Origin: Dendrobates tinctorius
Lineage: Eukaryota
Assembly: GCF_039654945.1 (NCBI RefSeq)
Contig: NW_027361806.1
Location: 7,688,001 to 7,752,000 of the forward strand
Direction of reading: 5' to 3'
DNA length: 64,000 bases
Part shown: positions 53,045 to 64,000 of the stretch, piece after piece
How the letters are laid out: every line of letters starts with the position of its first letter
Numbering within the stretch: position 1 is the stretch's first letter
The notes under the pieces: model-generated
Databases searched by the model: none
Seen by the model: only the letters and a program-made list of their open reading frames with translations
What the model was told of the DNA's origin: nothing
Program-made: the position numbers and the translations under genes

Positions 53045-53668
53045 ATAAAGGAGGAGGGAGTGAGTAACCACGGAAAGAAAAATAAATATATCATACAAAT
53101 ATAATTTTATTAGTACAAGAAAATAAAAAAAAGTATTAAAATTATGTTTGACAGTACACTAAAGAAAGTTCACGACAAACATATCAGAAAAGGGTTATCA
53201 AATAACTAATAGTGTCCTATTCTCTATCAAATGAGTATATACCTATAAGATACGTGCCTTAAGAAAGTCAAGGGTGAAACGTACGTCGAAGTCCTGGGGT
53301 CTTGATTCATGTATTGTCCTCCTCTCTTTGTGGTATGTCTTCTAACTGATATATTCAGTGCACTTAGATATTTATTACTCTATTTAGTATTGATGTATTA
53401 AAACTACCTTACATCTGCTGTATCTTATATATACAGTATATATACTCATTTTATAGAGTATATACTGTATATATAAGATACAGCAGATGTAAGGTAATTT
53501 TAATACATCAATACTAAATATAGAGAATACAGCACTATTACTTATTTGATACCCCTTTTCTGATACGATTGTCGTGAACTTTCTTTATTGTATTGCCCCA
53601 CTATTCTAATATGTTTTATTTATATATTTTTCTTTTTGTAGTTAGTCACTCCCTCTTCCTTTGTGTTT
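53045..53668. mobile_element. Older Penelope-like inverted remnant with an internal hairpin
   Basis: Diverged inverted arms; CTTAAGAAAG...GAAACGTACGTC motif at ~53258-53288; near-perfect hairpin at 53381-53521. Confidence 0.5.
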
Positions 53669-54921
53669 TATATTATTATTCTATGTGAATACCTACCTAG
53701 TTTAATGACACATATGCTCGCTCATTTCGTGGTTGGAGATGAGTGAACGCGATCTTAAAAGTCCGGCGTTTGTCCTGGACAGTTACAGTCCGGTGCTAAA
53801 CGCTGAACACAGACTTTCCCCCGACGTCCGTAGCAATGTTCAGAGTTCCTGGAGAAGTTCGGAGAGAGTGGAAGAATATTTTCTAGATCGAAAGCTTAGG
53901 TCCACTATGGTGTTCAAATTCTGGTTGAAGTAGTTCAGGTACAGTTCTGGTACCTGAACTTCTGAATAAAGTTCATGTCTGGTACCAGAACCCGATCTTC
54001 CACGGGTTTGCTCATCCCTAATCATGGTGTATTTCTTGTCAGGAAATATGTAGAACTTTATAATTGACAACTATTGATAAACTTGTTTTTCTTTTTTTAC
54101 TGGAGATTCTACTGTATGTCTACAGGAAAAACATTGCAGACTTTTTTCCAATAATAGCGCCATACCTGCCCATGGCTTGTGCCTGGTATGAGACTAAGTT
54201 GTGCTAGCCACATCCAACTTTTCTTTTAATGCTCTATCTAGAAGGAATCTGCAATGTTTTTCTCATCCTTTACTATTTATGCACGTCCACGTTCTTTAAT
54301 TGGTTTTGATTCACCCATTATTAGAATCATCAGGTAGATATAAGTGACATGTCGTCAGCATAGTGCATCATGGAGAACCAGTCTATCCCCGTGCTCTAAT
54401 TTCTGGCTAATCCATCCTCTCAGGATTGCAGTCCAAAACCGGCTGATGGGATAATGACTCTTGCATTACATTATCATACATTTAAATGTTATGAATATTG
54501 AGCTGAACACTTAATATTCAGATCATCACGTATTGATGACCATGCCATGTAATCTGTAGTTTTCGTACAGTTTGACTCTATTCACATGCCGCGCTTCTGG
54601 ACAATACAATATAAGCAAACCCGTAGTCGATGGGTAGGTGTAGTTTGTTTTTAGCATTGTGTTGCTTTTCATTTTTTACTAACTGGTTACTAGAAGATGC
54701 TTGAGAAATTTAAATCAGTTTTTTGGGGGTTTTGCATACAACAAAAATGGATTACAGACAAATGGTAGAAGTAACACACTGATCAAAAATGGATGAAAAT
54801 CAGATTCAAGAAACCGAAAATGGTCCAATTTCAGGGAACAGGAAAAAAATGGATGCTTGACTCATCTTTAGGCCTGGTGAACATATGACAATTATGAGTC
54901 CTTATGGATTAGAGTTATTAA

Positions 54922-55321
54922 AGAGGTTGTCCACTACTTTTACGCTGATGGCCTATCCTTAGGATAGGTCATCAATATCTGATCGGCACCCGGCACTCCC
55001 GCCGATCACTTGTTATTGGTTGGCAGCGTCCGCTGGCTGGAAGTACTTACTTGGCAGCTGGTTATTTACTTTAGTGGATGAGGGTTGGTATTGCATATAC
55101 GCCTCTTATTCAAAACAATAGGAGGTGTAGCACCCTGCAGCAGCCACTACAAGTAGACAGCCAGCTCCACAAGCAGGTACTTCGGGCCGGTGGCCTGTGT
55201 CGCCACCATCTATAACAGATAATCAGCGGGGGTGCCGGGTGTTGGACTTCGGCCGATCAGACATTGACGACGACCTTTCCTTGAGGATAGGCCATCAATG
55301 TAAAACTAGTGAACAACCTTT
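54922..55321. mobile_element. TTAA-type (T2/Kolobok-like) MITE
   Basis: TTAA|AGAGGTTGTCCACTA...TAGTGAACAACCTTT|TTAA; long imperfect palindrome. Confidence 0.8.
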
Positions 55322-55619
55322 TTAAGTTTTGGCAAACTCAGATCAGCTCGAAATTACAGATAACAAGACTGCAAACATGACTTCAGTTTGAGCATGCTGA
55401 GGTGATACAGGAGGGCTACTTTTAAAGGACTTTACTAAGGATGAGGCAGATAACCCTGGAGTCCATGAACTTTGTGGTTACAAAGCAGAAACAAGTCTTT
55501 TCACACATAACTGAGACACTGAGCTTGGCCATGACTACAATAACGGGAACAGTCTGAAGGCTTGGTGGTTATCAAAATAGAAGGTACATAACTTTACAGT
55601 TACACTGCTAGGAGGCTCA

Positions 55620-56037
55620 AAGCTTGGTGCTTATACTACTAGAAAGCATCTAACTTGGTGATTATAGTACTAGAAGGCATCTACTTTGGTGTTTATACTA
55701 CATTCATCTAACTTTGTAGTTATAGTACTAGAAGGCATCTAACCCAGTGGTTATAGTATTAGAAGGCATCTAAGTTGGTGGTTATAGTACAAGAAGGCAT
55801 TTAACCTGGTGGTTATAGTATTAGAAGGCATCTAAGTTGGTGGTTATAGTACAAGAAGGCATTTAACCTGGTGGTTATAGTATTAGAAGGCATCTAACTT
55901 GGTGGTTATAGTACTAGAAAGCACCTTAGTGGAAATAGTACTAGACGGCATTTAACTTGGTGGTTATAGTACTAGAAGGCATCTAACACGGTGGTTATAG
56001 TATTAGAAGGCATCTAAGTTGGTGGTTATAGTACTAG
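55620..56037. repeat. ~31-bp minisatellite
   Basis: Unit TTATAGTACTAGAAGGCATCTAACTTGGTGG, about 13 copies. Confidence 0.9.
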
Positions 56038-57255
56038 GTTATATCAGTAATTCAGTTTAGAACACAGTTGATTCTCTAATTCTTTACCGTTCTCCCCATT
56101 AAGGACTCTGCTCATCTCACTATCTCCAGCTTAAAAATACCTGGAGACTTACCACAAAATGTGCCAACACCTAAAAATTGTGCCCAAATTACACGAATTA
56201 AAGGGCCATCACCCACAACATGTATTAATAACTCAGGTTGGCGAGTTAATTCACTAGACCAACTCAACAATACAGTTCAGGTCTTCTATAAAGGAGTCTG
56301 ATGATGCTTTTCAGCTGTATAAAAAAAATCCTACAAAGAAGCCACGACTCTAGCCCATCCTGCCAACCCAAATATATAGTTGTCATATGCTGAAGTTACC
56401 ATACTTTCTCTCTATTAAATTATTATTTTATAGGAATGTTCTTACTTGAATCATGACCTATCAATTATATATATATATAAAAAAATTTATGAAGGTGAGA
56501 GTTCAACTGTTGGGAAGTACCAACAATCTAACAATAGTGAGTAAACTCTCATCTACCATAAAGGTTTTTTTCGGTCACTTTTCAAAGAGTAGTCAAAGTT
56601 GCATCTTTAATGTGTAACATTACTTACACTTGGGCAGTTTTGAAAAATTTGAAAACCCTAATAAAAAACTAATTTCTTTGTTTTAGGCAGCTGTTCAGAC
56701 ATATTTTCGTATATCAATGCAGTCGCTGCTTGTTTGGGGTGCTGCCACCACATCCCTGCCATTGCACTTCCCACAGTCATTCACATGTGTTGTGGATTAT
56801 TATTTTTTTTACCCTTCAGGTTATTGACAGATGAACAGCACATGGTCAAGTGTAGAATTTACGATTCTTTCAAAAAGCAGCAGGTCCTCCACACCAATTA
56901 TTTCACTACCACCAACTATGACTGTTGTATGATGTTTCTACTGGAATTTGCTTTACACCAGACATTATGATATATTTTCAAGGGTTTTTTGTTGTCTTTA
57001 ATTATATATAAAATTATTACAGCAGCTTCCATTTCCCACTTTGTCTGCAATTGGTTTCCTTTTGCTGCTTTGCATTAAATCACATTTTTCCCTGTCTCTT
57101 TTTGCATGTTTTGTCTACTTTTTTAGAATATTACTAGTGAGATAATGGATAAGTTTCAGTATTATTGATCCATATATTACATAATTTATACATCATGGCT
57201 TTCACTGTGCTTCTTTGGAGCCCTAGAGAAAAGTTATGATTACAGTCACTTTATG

Positions 57256-58818
57256 CAGTGGTATGTAAAAGTTTGGGCACCCCTGGTCAAAATTATTGCT
57301 ATTGTGAACATTTAAGCAAGTCGAAGGTGAAATGATCAATAAAAGGCCTAAAGTTAAAGATGACAAATTTACTTTGTATTTTAGGCAAAAAATATATACT
57401 GTATATTTTCATATTCTACATTTTCAAATTACAAAAAGGAAACTGGGCAGGTGCAAAAGTTTAGGCACCCTGCATCGTTTACAGCTTGTAAAAACTTTTT
57501 ATAACCAGACAAGAGTCTTTCAATTCTTGTTTGAGGATTTTCATCCGTTCTTCCTTGGAAAATTCTTCCAGTCCTGTCAGATTCCTGGATCATCTTGCAT
57601 TCTCTGCTATTTTGAGGTTACAGATTTTCAATGATGTTAAGATCATGGGACTGTGAGGGCCATTGGAAAACCTTCAGCTTGCGCCTTTTGAGGTCGTCTA
57701 CTGTGGATGTTGATGTGTATTTGGGATCATTATCCATTTGTAGAAGCCATCTTTTTCCTCTTTTCAACTTCAGTTTTTTACAGATGGTGTTATGTTTGCA
57801 TCAAGAATTTGTCAAAGTTTCCTTCAATCCATTCTTCCCTCTACCCGAGAAATGTTTCCCGTGTCACTAGCTGCAACACAACCCCAAACCATGATTGATC
57901 AACCTCCATGCTTAATGATTGGTGAGATGCTCATTTCCTGAAATTCTGTGCCCTTTTTTCACCACACACACCTTTGGTCATTGTGGCCAAAGACTTCTAT
58001 TTTAACCTCATCGGTTCACAGGACTTGGTTCCAAAATGCATCAGCTTGTTTAGATGTTCTTTTGCATACTTCTGACTCTGAATTTGATGGTAAGGACACA
58101 GGTTTTCATCTGATTACTCTGCTATGAAGACCATATTTGTGCAGGTGCCTCTGACCAGTAGAACAATGTACCACAACTGCAGAGTCTGCTAAATCATTAC
58201 GAATGTTTTTTTGCAGTTAAGCCGTGTTTTTGAGTTGCCTCTCCAGCAATCCTGTGAGCAGCTCTCACTGAAATTTTGCTTGGTCTTCCAGACCTTATCT
58301 TGACTTTCACTATTCCTGATAACTGCCATTTCTTAATTACATTTAGAACTGAGGAAAGAGCAACTTGAAAACGCTTTCCTATTTTCTTATAGCCTCCTGC
58401 TTTGTGGTCCTCCACCATTTTCATTTTCAGAGTGCTAGGCAGCTGCCTAAAAGAACCCATGGCTGCTGTTTTTTGGCAAAAAGATATAGGAGGCTGGGTT
58501 TTTATAAAGCTTGGAAATTTGCATGACCTGGCCTTTCCTAACGATGATAGTGAACAAGCCTAACCATAACAGGCCAATTAAGGTCTGAAACAGTGGACAA
58601 AGTTATTTGAGCACACAAATCTCCCAAACCTTTGCATCGGCCTATTTTCATTTTTGTAATTTTAAAATGAAAAAAAATGACAGTTTTTTTGTGCTTAAAA
58701 TACAAAGGAAATATGTCATCTTTAACTTCAGGTAGAGATAATTTCATCTTCAACTTCCTTAACTGTTCACAATAACAGTACTTTTGACCATGGGTGCCCA
58801 AACTTTTACATGCCATTG
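57256..58818 (-). mobile_element. Degenerate Tc1-like transposon
   Basis: TIRs CAGTGGTATGTAAAAGTTTGGGCACCC...GGGTGCCCAAACTTTTACATGCCATTG|TA; transposase N-terminal remnant (GYKKIGKRF...SGRPSKIS) at 58197-58460. Confidence 0.85.
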
Positions 58819-59003
58819 TAGTTATTTGTTGAAGGAAATGAATTAACAGTACATTTCGCTAAAACAATAGGGTACATCACTAGAGGTAGGCAGCCCATAC
58901 AGCTGATGGTGGGCCCTTGAGGAGCACCAATCCCTAGCTAGATATCTCGTTTCCTGTGAACCTTAATAGAACAGTATTGGGGAATGGTTTTCAACAAGGG
59001 TTA

Positions 59004-59408
59004 AGCCCCCGTCTCACATAGCGAGATCGCTAGCGAGATTGCTGTTGCGTCACCGATTTTGTGACGCAACAGCGATCTCGCCTGCGATCTCGCTATGTGT
59101 GACACATAGCGGCGATCGGGCCACTGCTGCGATGTCGCTGATCGTGCTCAAATGTCCTGGGCCATTTTTTGATTGCTGGTGTCCCGCTGGCCAGCATGCA
59201 TCGCTGTTTGACAGGGACAACGACGAATGACCTCAATACTACAGGTCTGAGAGACAGGGTCCCAACGACCGTTGTATCGTTCTGTATTGTTGCTGCGTCG
59301 CTGTTCAGATCTGACTGTTTGACATCTCACCAGCGACCTCGTAGCTACGCACCAGCGATCCCTACCAGGTCGCATCGTTGTCAGGATCGCTGGTGTGGGA
59401 CGGTACCC
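59004..59408. mobile_element. PIF/Harbinger-like MITE (ATCGCT-rich family)
   Basis: TTA TSD; homologous to 3390-3839. Confidence 0.8.
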
Positions 59409-60714
59409 TTAGGAAGGAGGATCACGTGTAATTTCATCTTACTAGATGGGTCATAACTGAAGAGCACGAAAAAGAACATAATCAGGAGCAATAATGTACG
59501 ATTCTCCATAGACTTGATATTCTGTAACTCACTAAGCTCTTATTATGTTCTCCAATCACACCCTTCAGAATGAATAAGTGCTGCTCTGCAAGAAAGTCAC
59601 TGATAATTCCACTAGTAACCTACATAGTTATCATCGTACTACCTGATGTCACCTTCACTAAGCGTACCGCTATACCATGACCGGTTACATATAGTGATCC
59701 CATGCAGTGATACAGAATGTTCTGTTGCATTTATAAGAATTCACCCAAGACGTGATGAGTTATGCAAATAAGGCTGAATCATTGCATAATGTAACGCTCT
59801 AATACTTCCTGAAAGATTTTGTGTTTCAATTCTTCACTGTAAGATCTCTGCTTCCCTTACGTTAATATGTAGATTATCGTTCACATCCAGAAGGTGAAAT
59901 CCTTTTGATGTGTTTCTACAATTGTATCCAGCCTATGTCATTATTGTGTAGACAGAACACAATGGTAACAAATCTGTCAGCTATTAGAAGGATCACTTTT
60001 CATCTTTTAGGTGTAAACTACAAAGCAGCCATCAGAGTCAGCAGGCAGGGATTTTGCAAAGAGTGAAGAATTGAAACACAAAGTACATTAAAGATGGCAG
60101 GAAGAGAAAGAGGTAAAGGGAAAGTTAGCTAGTTGTCCATTGTCTTTTATAGGTTAAGTTGTGGGAGTGTGGAGTTTACAACAAATGCAAACCAAGTACT
60201 TGATGCCTAGAGGAGAAGCAAACTAGTCGACCTGTCCTGGCCAAGGTCTGAAGAGCAGAATAATGAAAATAATGATCTACATACACAATAGACTACAATC
60301 AGCCGAACCCCAGCAGGATAGTCAAACAGCCTAAAATGTATGAGGGCCTCATGACTTTTCCCCAACTAATAATGTTGGACGGGATAAGGATCAGGCAGTT
60401 TCATTATCAGATTTTTTTTGATATTGAGGTGATAGGCCGCTGCCAGAGCCGTTTGTCAGCAGCTTTCTCTTTTTTTCTCCAAATATTTATCTCTATTGGA
60501 GAATCAAGAGAGACATTTGTTGGCTGAATGAGAGCTCGGATAACGGCAGAAATATTTGTATGGCGAGCTCAAATCTTGGACCCTGATGGAGACTCTCGCC
60601 CATGACTACTTGTTACCCCTGGTTAGCTGCAAACCAACCACAAACCTTGCATGAGCGACGGCTTAAGCTGCACCATGTCATTGTCTTTGTGGTATCAGCC
60701 ATTGTGGCACTCAC

Positions 60715-60800
60715 CTGTCCTGTGTCCTCTTGCCCAGAATTATCCTCTCAGACCCAGCACAGCAGACTGACAGACATGGCTGATGGTAATGACTCTTATA
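60715..60800 (-). promoter_or_regulatory. Candidate core promoter and non-coding first exon of the mucin gene
   Basis: Minus strand TATAAGAG (60800-60793), Inr-like TCAGT with the A at 60768 (32 nt downstream), then a strong donor CAG|GTGAGT at 60715. Confidence 0.45.
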
Positions 60801-61426
60801 GGCAGGTTCGGGAGAGATGCCACTGTGGAATGGTTGCACATTCTCCTTCAATGATAACACAAGGTAACTAGAAGGATGATAGACTCACAAGGAGCGCAGC
60901 ATAACTGCTGGCAGAGGAATGTAAGGTATGATGTCTGACTCATGCACTATCACATACACTTGATCAGAAGGAACAATAATCTAAAGATGGGAGTGGTACT
61001 CTTCATCAGTCATTTCTTACTTATCTCTGTCTCTTGGAAAGACTGCCATTACAGTTGCGGCATGGGATGTCACCCAGCTTTCTTGAAGTCTTAGGTGGTA
61101 AATCTGCATTGTTATACATAAATACGGAAACAAGATATATATATATAACACTTTAAACTGAAAATATTTGCCTTTGGGTTCTTTTCGTTTCTTTTGGCTG
61201 ACCAACCCTGTGGGGATATATTGTGATGGGAGAAGTATCGGTTGTTGTCATCAATATTTCTTACTGTTTTGAACTGTAATCTGGCTGTTGTGTATCTGGA
61301 CTTTTCAAAAGTGTTTAATCCTTCAAGCTTGGTATATAAAATGACAGTGAACCATCTGGTCAGATTTCATGATGAGGCAGTGATAGCGGTCATAGCCCCT
61401 GATGAAATTAATTAATGGTCACAGTG

Positions 61427-61733
61427 TAGGGTTGTCAACTTGACGTTTTATTATTTCTGGACAGCTTATGAAAAAAATCACGGATGGACAATAGTTTTTA
61501 TGTACACATTGGAAAACCATAATAAATCACTATTATTATAAGGGATACATGTCTACAGCCCGTAATTCTGATATGAAGATATCAGGTGCATTCACTGGAA
61601 ACTGATAATTATAGTCCAAATAATCTGTATAAGTTTCTTCAGCTTCAAGGACGCCTCGTTTTTTTTACAGACAGGGCAAAAAATGCCTTATTTTTATGGA
61701 CTATCCAGGAACATCTGGATGGTCGGCAACCCT
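61427..61733. mobile_element. Degenerate MITE with AGGGTTGTCAAC/GTCGGCAACCCT ends (relatives at ~63161-63700 and ~21330-21535)
   Basis: Inverted termini and shared internal sequence among three copies. Confidence 0.55.
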
Positions 61734-62018
61734 GGTACGTAGGCACAATTCACAATGGTTACACCTCAGAGCTTGGTAGTTATACTACTATACCCGGAGC
61801 TTGTGGCTGCAGAGTATCATGGACAGTGTCTTACACTTTATTAGCAGGTAGTTCTTGCCAATAACAAACTCAGCCCTGCCATTCTGTGTTTCCAGGCAAC
61901 TATCATGGCACACCTTGTACTGTCTCTCTATATAGGTCACACCTTGTTCCGAAAATACACTTTCTCTTCTTGCTGGTATCGTAATATTTGAGTGACATCT
62001 CTTTTTCAGTCTCAATCC

Positions 62019-62117
62019 ATGGCGTTGCTGATCATAGTCACAGCTCTTCTCACTGTCTCAGACCACAGTCTGGAGCACTACCTTTGGTCATGCTCTCTCG
62101 TCACTAGAGATGTCAGG
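62019..62117 (+). CDS. Possible first coding exon of a divergent secreted-protein gene: MALLIIVTALLTVSDHSLEHYLWSCSLVTRDVR
   Basis: CCATGG start, hydrophobic N-terminus, donor AGG|GTAAGC, and an upstream CTCTTTTTCAG acceptor. No downstream exon identified. Confidence 0.3.
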
Positions 62118-62353
62118 GTAAGCAGATGTCAACTGCTCTAAGTCAATTTAATAAATAATAATTATGTAAATCTGTATTTACTAGCAAGGACCTGGTCTTC
62201 ATCAGTGATTTAATTACAAAGGAAATGTATTTATAAGAAAGGTTACAAGTAAAATGGATAGATAAAGATAAGCGAAAAAGAGGCATATTCGAAGACCCCT
62301 ATGAATATGAGATGAAGAGAGATGTGACCTACTGGAAAATGGCGCATTATTTA

Positions 62354-62948
62354 CAGTCATATGTTAAAGTTTGGGCACCCCTATTAATGTTAACCTTTTT
62401 TCTTTATAACAATTTTGGTTTTTGCAACAGCTATTTCAGTTTCATATATCTAATAACTGATGGACTCAGTTATATTTCTGGATTCAAATGAGGTTTATTG
62501 TACTAATATAAAATGTGCAATCTGCATTTAAACAAAATTTGACCGGTGCAAAAGTATGGGCACCTCAACATAAAAGTGACATTAATATTTCGTAGATCCT
62601 CCTTTTGCAAAAATAGCAGCCTCTAGTTATTTATATATGAGTTCCTGGATCCTGGATGAAGGTATTTGTGACCATTCCTGTTTAGAAAACAATTCCAGTT
62701 CAGTTAAGTTTGATGGTCGCCGAGCATGGACAGCCCGCTTCAAATCATCCCACAGATGTTCAATGATATTCAGGTCTGGGGACTGGGATGGCCATTCCAG
62801 AACATTGTAATTGTTCCTCTGCATGAATGCCTAAGTAGATTTGGAGCGGTGTTTTGGATCATTGTCTTGCTGAAATATCCATCCCCTGCGTAACTTCAAC
62901 TTCGTCACTGATTCTTGCACATTATTGTCAAGAATCTGCTGATACTGA
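62354..62948 (-). mobile_element. Tc1 3' fragment
   Basis: TA|CAGT...AAAGTTTGGGCACC terminus; WPSQSPDLNIIEHLW in ORF 62627-62824. Confidence 0.85.
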
Positions 62949-63316
62949 TAATGATTTTTCCAGAAAAAAGAGACTTCCTGTTTCTCCATAGAGCAGTGAA
63001 AAGAGAAGAATTAGCTGGGTAGAAAGGCAAAATGACCAATTGTAAGTACACAGTGCTATATAGTATGATGATTGCAATATATTAAGAGGATAAAAACTTC
63101 TTTAAAGACAGATACAAAGTAATCACAATTAGATTATTAGGCCAGATTCATACATTGCTCTAGGATTGCCAACTTGACTTTTTATTTTTTTAACAGCTAA
63201 ATAAAGAGTCACAGACAGGCAATATTTTTACGGACACATTCGAAAACTATAATAAAAATTATGAATATAAGTGATAATGTCCACAACCCATAATTCTGAT
63301 ATGAAGACATAAGCTA

Positions 63317-63572
63317 GGGCAGCATGAGGACTCAGTGGTTAGCATTTTTGCCTTGCAGCGCTGGAGTCCTGGATTAGAATCCCACCAGGAACAACATCTG
63401 CAAGGAGTTTGTATGTTCTCCCCATGCTTGCGTGGGTTTCCTCCAGGTACTCCGTTTTCCTTCCACACTCCAGAGACATACTGATACGGAATGTACGCGT
63501 AGATTGTGAGCCCTAATGGGGACAGCGATGACAATGTCTATAGAATATAATGGCTCTATATAAATGAGTAAA
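63317..63572 (+). mobile_element. tRNA-derived V-SINE-like element
   Basis: A/B-box-like head (CTCAGTGGTTAGC...GGATTAGAATCCC) and V-domain GGAGTTTGTATGTTCTCCCC...TGCGTGGGTTTCCTCC; sits inside a degenerate TAGGATTGCCAAC...GTTGGTGACCCT element. Confidence 0.8.
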
Positions 63573-64000
63573 ACACATAAATAAGCTGCATTCACTGTAG
63601 ACTGTAAAATAATGATAACTACAGTAAAAAAAAACTGTATAAGTTTCTTCAGCTTATTTTTCCAGACTGTCCTGGAATTTCCAGACAGTTGGTGACCCTG
63701 AATAGATCGAAAATTTGCGGTTTGAGTAAAGACTGCAATATCCAGATCGGCTTCAGGCCTACTTACCCAAAGTCAAAAGCTTCAGATATGTCTATACAAC
63801 TACTGAGTTTGGTCAAGAGACCCGAGTACCCAGACCATGAATGTCCGCAGTGTGACTGCAGCCCTGCATTTGTTACAGATAGCGATCGGAGGGGTTCCAG
63901 AAATATCAGCTGTTCAACTGGTTGTCCTCTACTTTAGCACTGATGACCTAGCCTTAGGATCTGGACAACACCGTACCACCCACAGACCAATGGCATGTGT

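Overview
Eukaryotic vertebrate DNA, most likely from a frog; this is inferred from the repeat repertoire (TTAA- and TWA-site MITEs, hAT MITEs, IR/DR Tc1, CR1, Ngaro, V-SINE). The window is dominated by one large minus-strand gene that the ORF track shows only in pieces. By reading splice sites I assembled 17 phase-compatible coding exons from the ATG at 40386 down to 861, totalling 5290 nt (at least 1763 aa), and the gene runs off the left edge. The product is a secreted or cell-surface mucin with the layout signal peptide - SEA domain 1 - Thr/Ser-rich linker - SEA domain 2 (GSVNV motif) - long Pro/Thr/Ser region. The PTS region is built from tandemly duplicated ~2.7-2.9 kb exon+intron cassettes, each with a symmetric phase 1-1 exon. 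A candidate TATA/Inr first exon lies at ~60715-60800. The introns hold a near-intact Tc1 inserted 14 nt from a splice acceptor, a 3.5 kb fold-back hAT element, a Penelope-like inverted element with hammerhead-like motifs, a solo LTR, a CTCF-like minisatellite, apparent fossil (intronized) mucin sequence, and a Ngaro-type element with split direct repeats that carries a nested CR1 with intact ORF2. All gene models are manual predictions without transcript support.
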